From an uncultured Pseudomonadota bacterium (lineage in GTDB: Bacteria > Pseudomonadota > Alphaproteobacteria > Rhizobiales > Xanthobacteraceae), in the NCBI GenBank assembly GCA_963762485.1, contig CAVXLE010000004.1, positions 112,483 to 176,482 of the forward strand: a stretch of 64,000 nucleotides of DNA, in the 5' to 3' direction. Positions 63,877-64,000 of the stretch are shown piece by piece. A program made the translations under genes and the position numbers. Under the pieces are notes generated by a model, which saw only the letters and a list, made by a program, of their open reading frames with translations, did not search any database and had not been told where the DNA came from. The number at the start of each line of letters is the position of its first letter. The stretch's first letter is position 1.

Positions 63877-64000
63877 TAATTCCACCACGCGGCGCGCCGT
63901 TTCAAAGCGGAAGCGGTCCCAGTCTCAGGGCACGGGCGGTGACCGTACGGTCAGGACCGCCCCAAGCGAAGCAATCAAGCTGTGATTGCCCCGCATGGCC

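Noticed and set aside
63971-63989. GCAATCA-N5-TGATTGC palindrome upstream of the cytochrome c gene
   Set aside because: At the window edge, matches no consensus I can name, and context is missing.

Overview
The window looks like a Hyphomicrobiales (Xanthobacteraceae/Bradyrhizobiaceae-like) chromosome segment; this taxonomy is inferred from gene content. It has three parts. (1) 1-17.1 kb, core genes: degP-type protease, OmpR-family two-component system, glnE, pleC, pepN, Zn alcohol dehydrogenase, a frameshifted acyltransferase, a CDF transporter and an oxidoreductase. (2) 17.2-44.9 kb, a Wzx/Wzy exopolysaccharide locus, visibly more AT-rich in its middle. It has a priming transferase, Wza, a beta-barrel, Wzc, an RfaH-like factor followed directly by an ops-like element, four GTs, three methyltransferases, two acyl/acetyltransferases, a Tat-exported beta-helix enzyme and a VPLPA-CTERM protein. 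(3) 45.1-63.9 kb, an island with four perfect TTGA-N6-TCAA FNR/FixK boxes. Its centre is a minus-strand operon: cstA-like transporter, a single-TM protein gene (inverted exactly from ATG to TGA), two paralogous ~90-aa proteins, two ArsA/Get3-family ATPases, acsA (one-base frameshift), pdhA, pdhB, E2 and ACP. Best candidate for an undescribed system: the two ATPases carry complementary catalytic defects. One lacks the trans-acting signature Lys; the other has switch-I Asp->Asn and no switch-II Gly-His. This predicts a heterodimer with one active site, working with a CstA-family (pyruvate/peptide) transporter and coupled to an ACP-linked PDH/Acs module. No tRNA, rRNA, CRISPR array or transposase was recognised.
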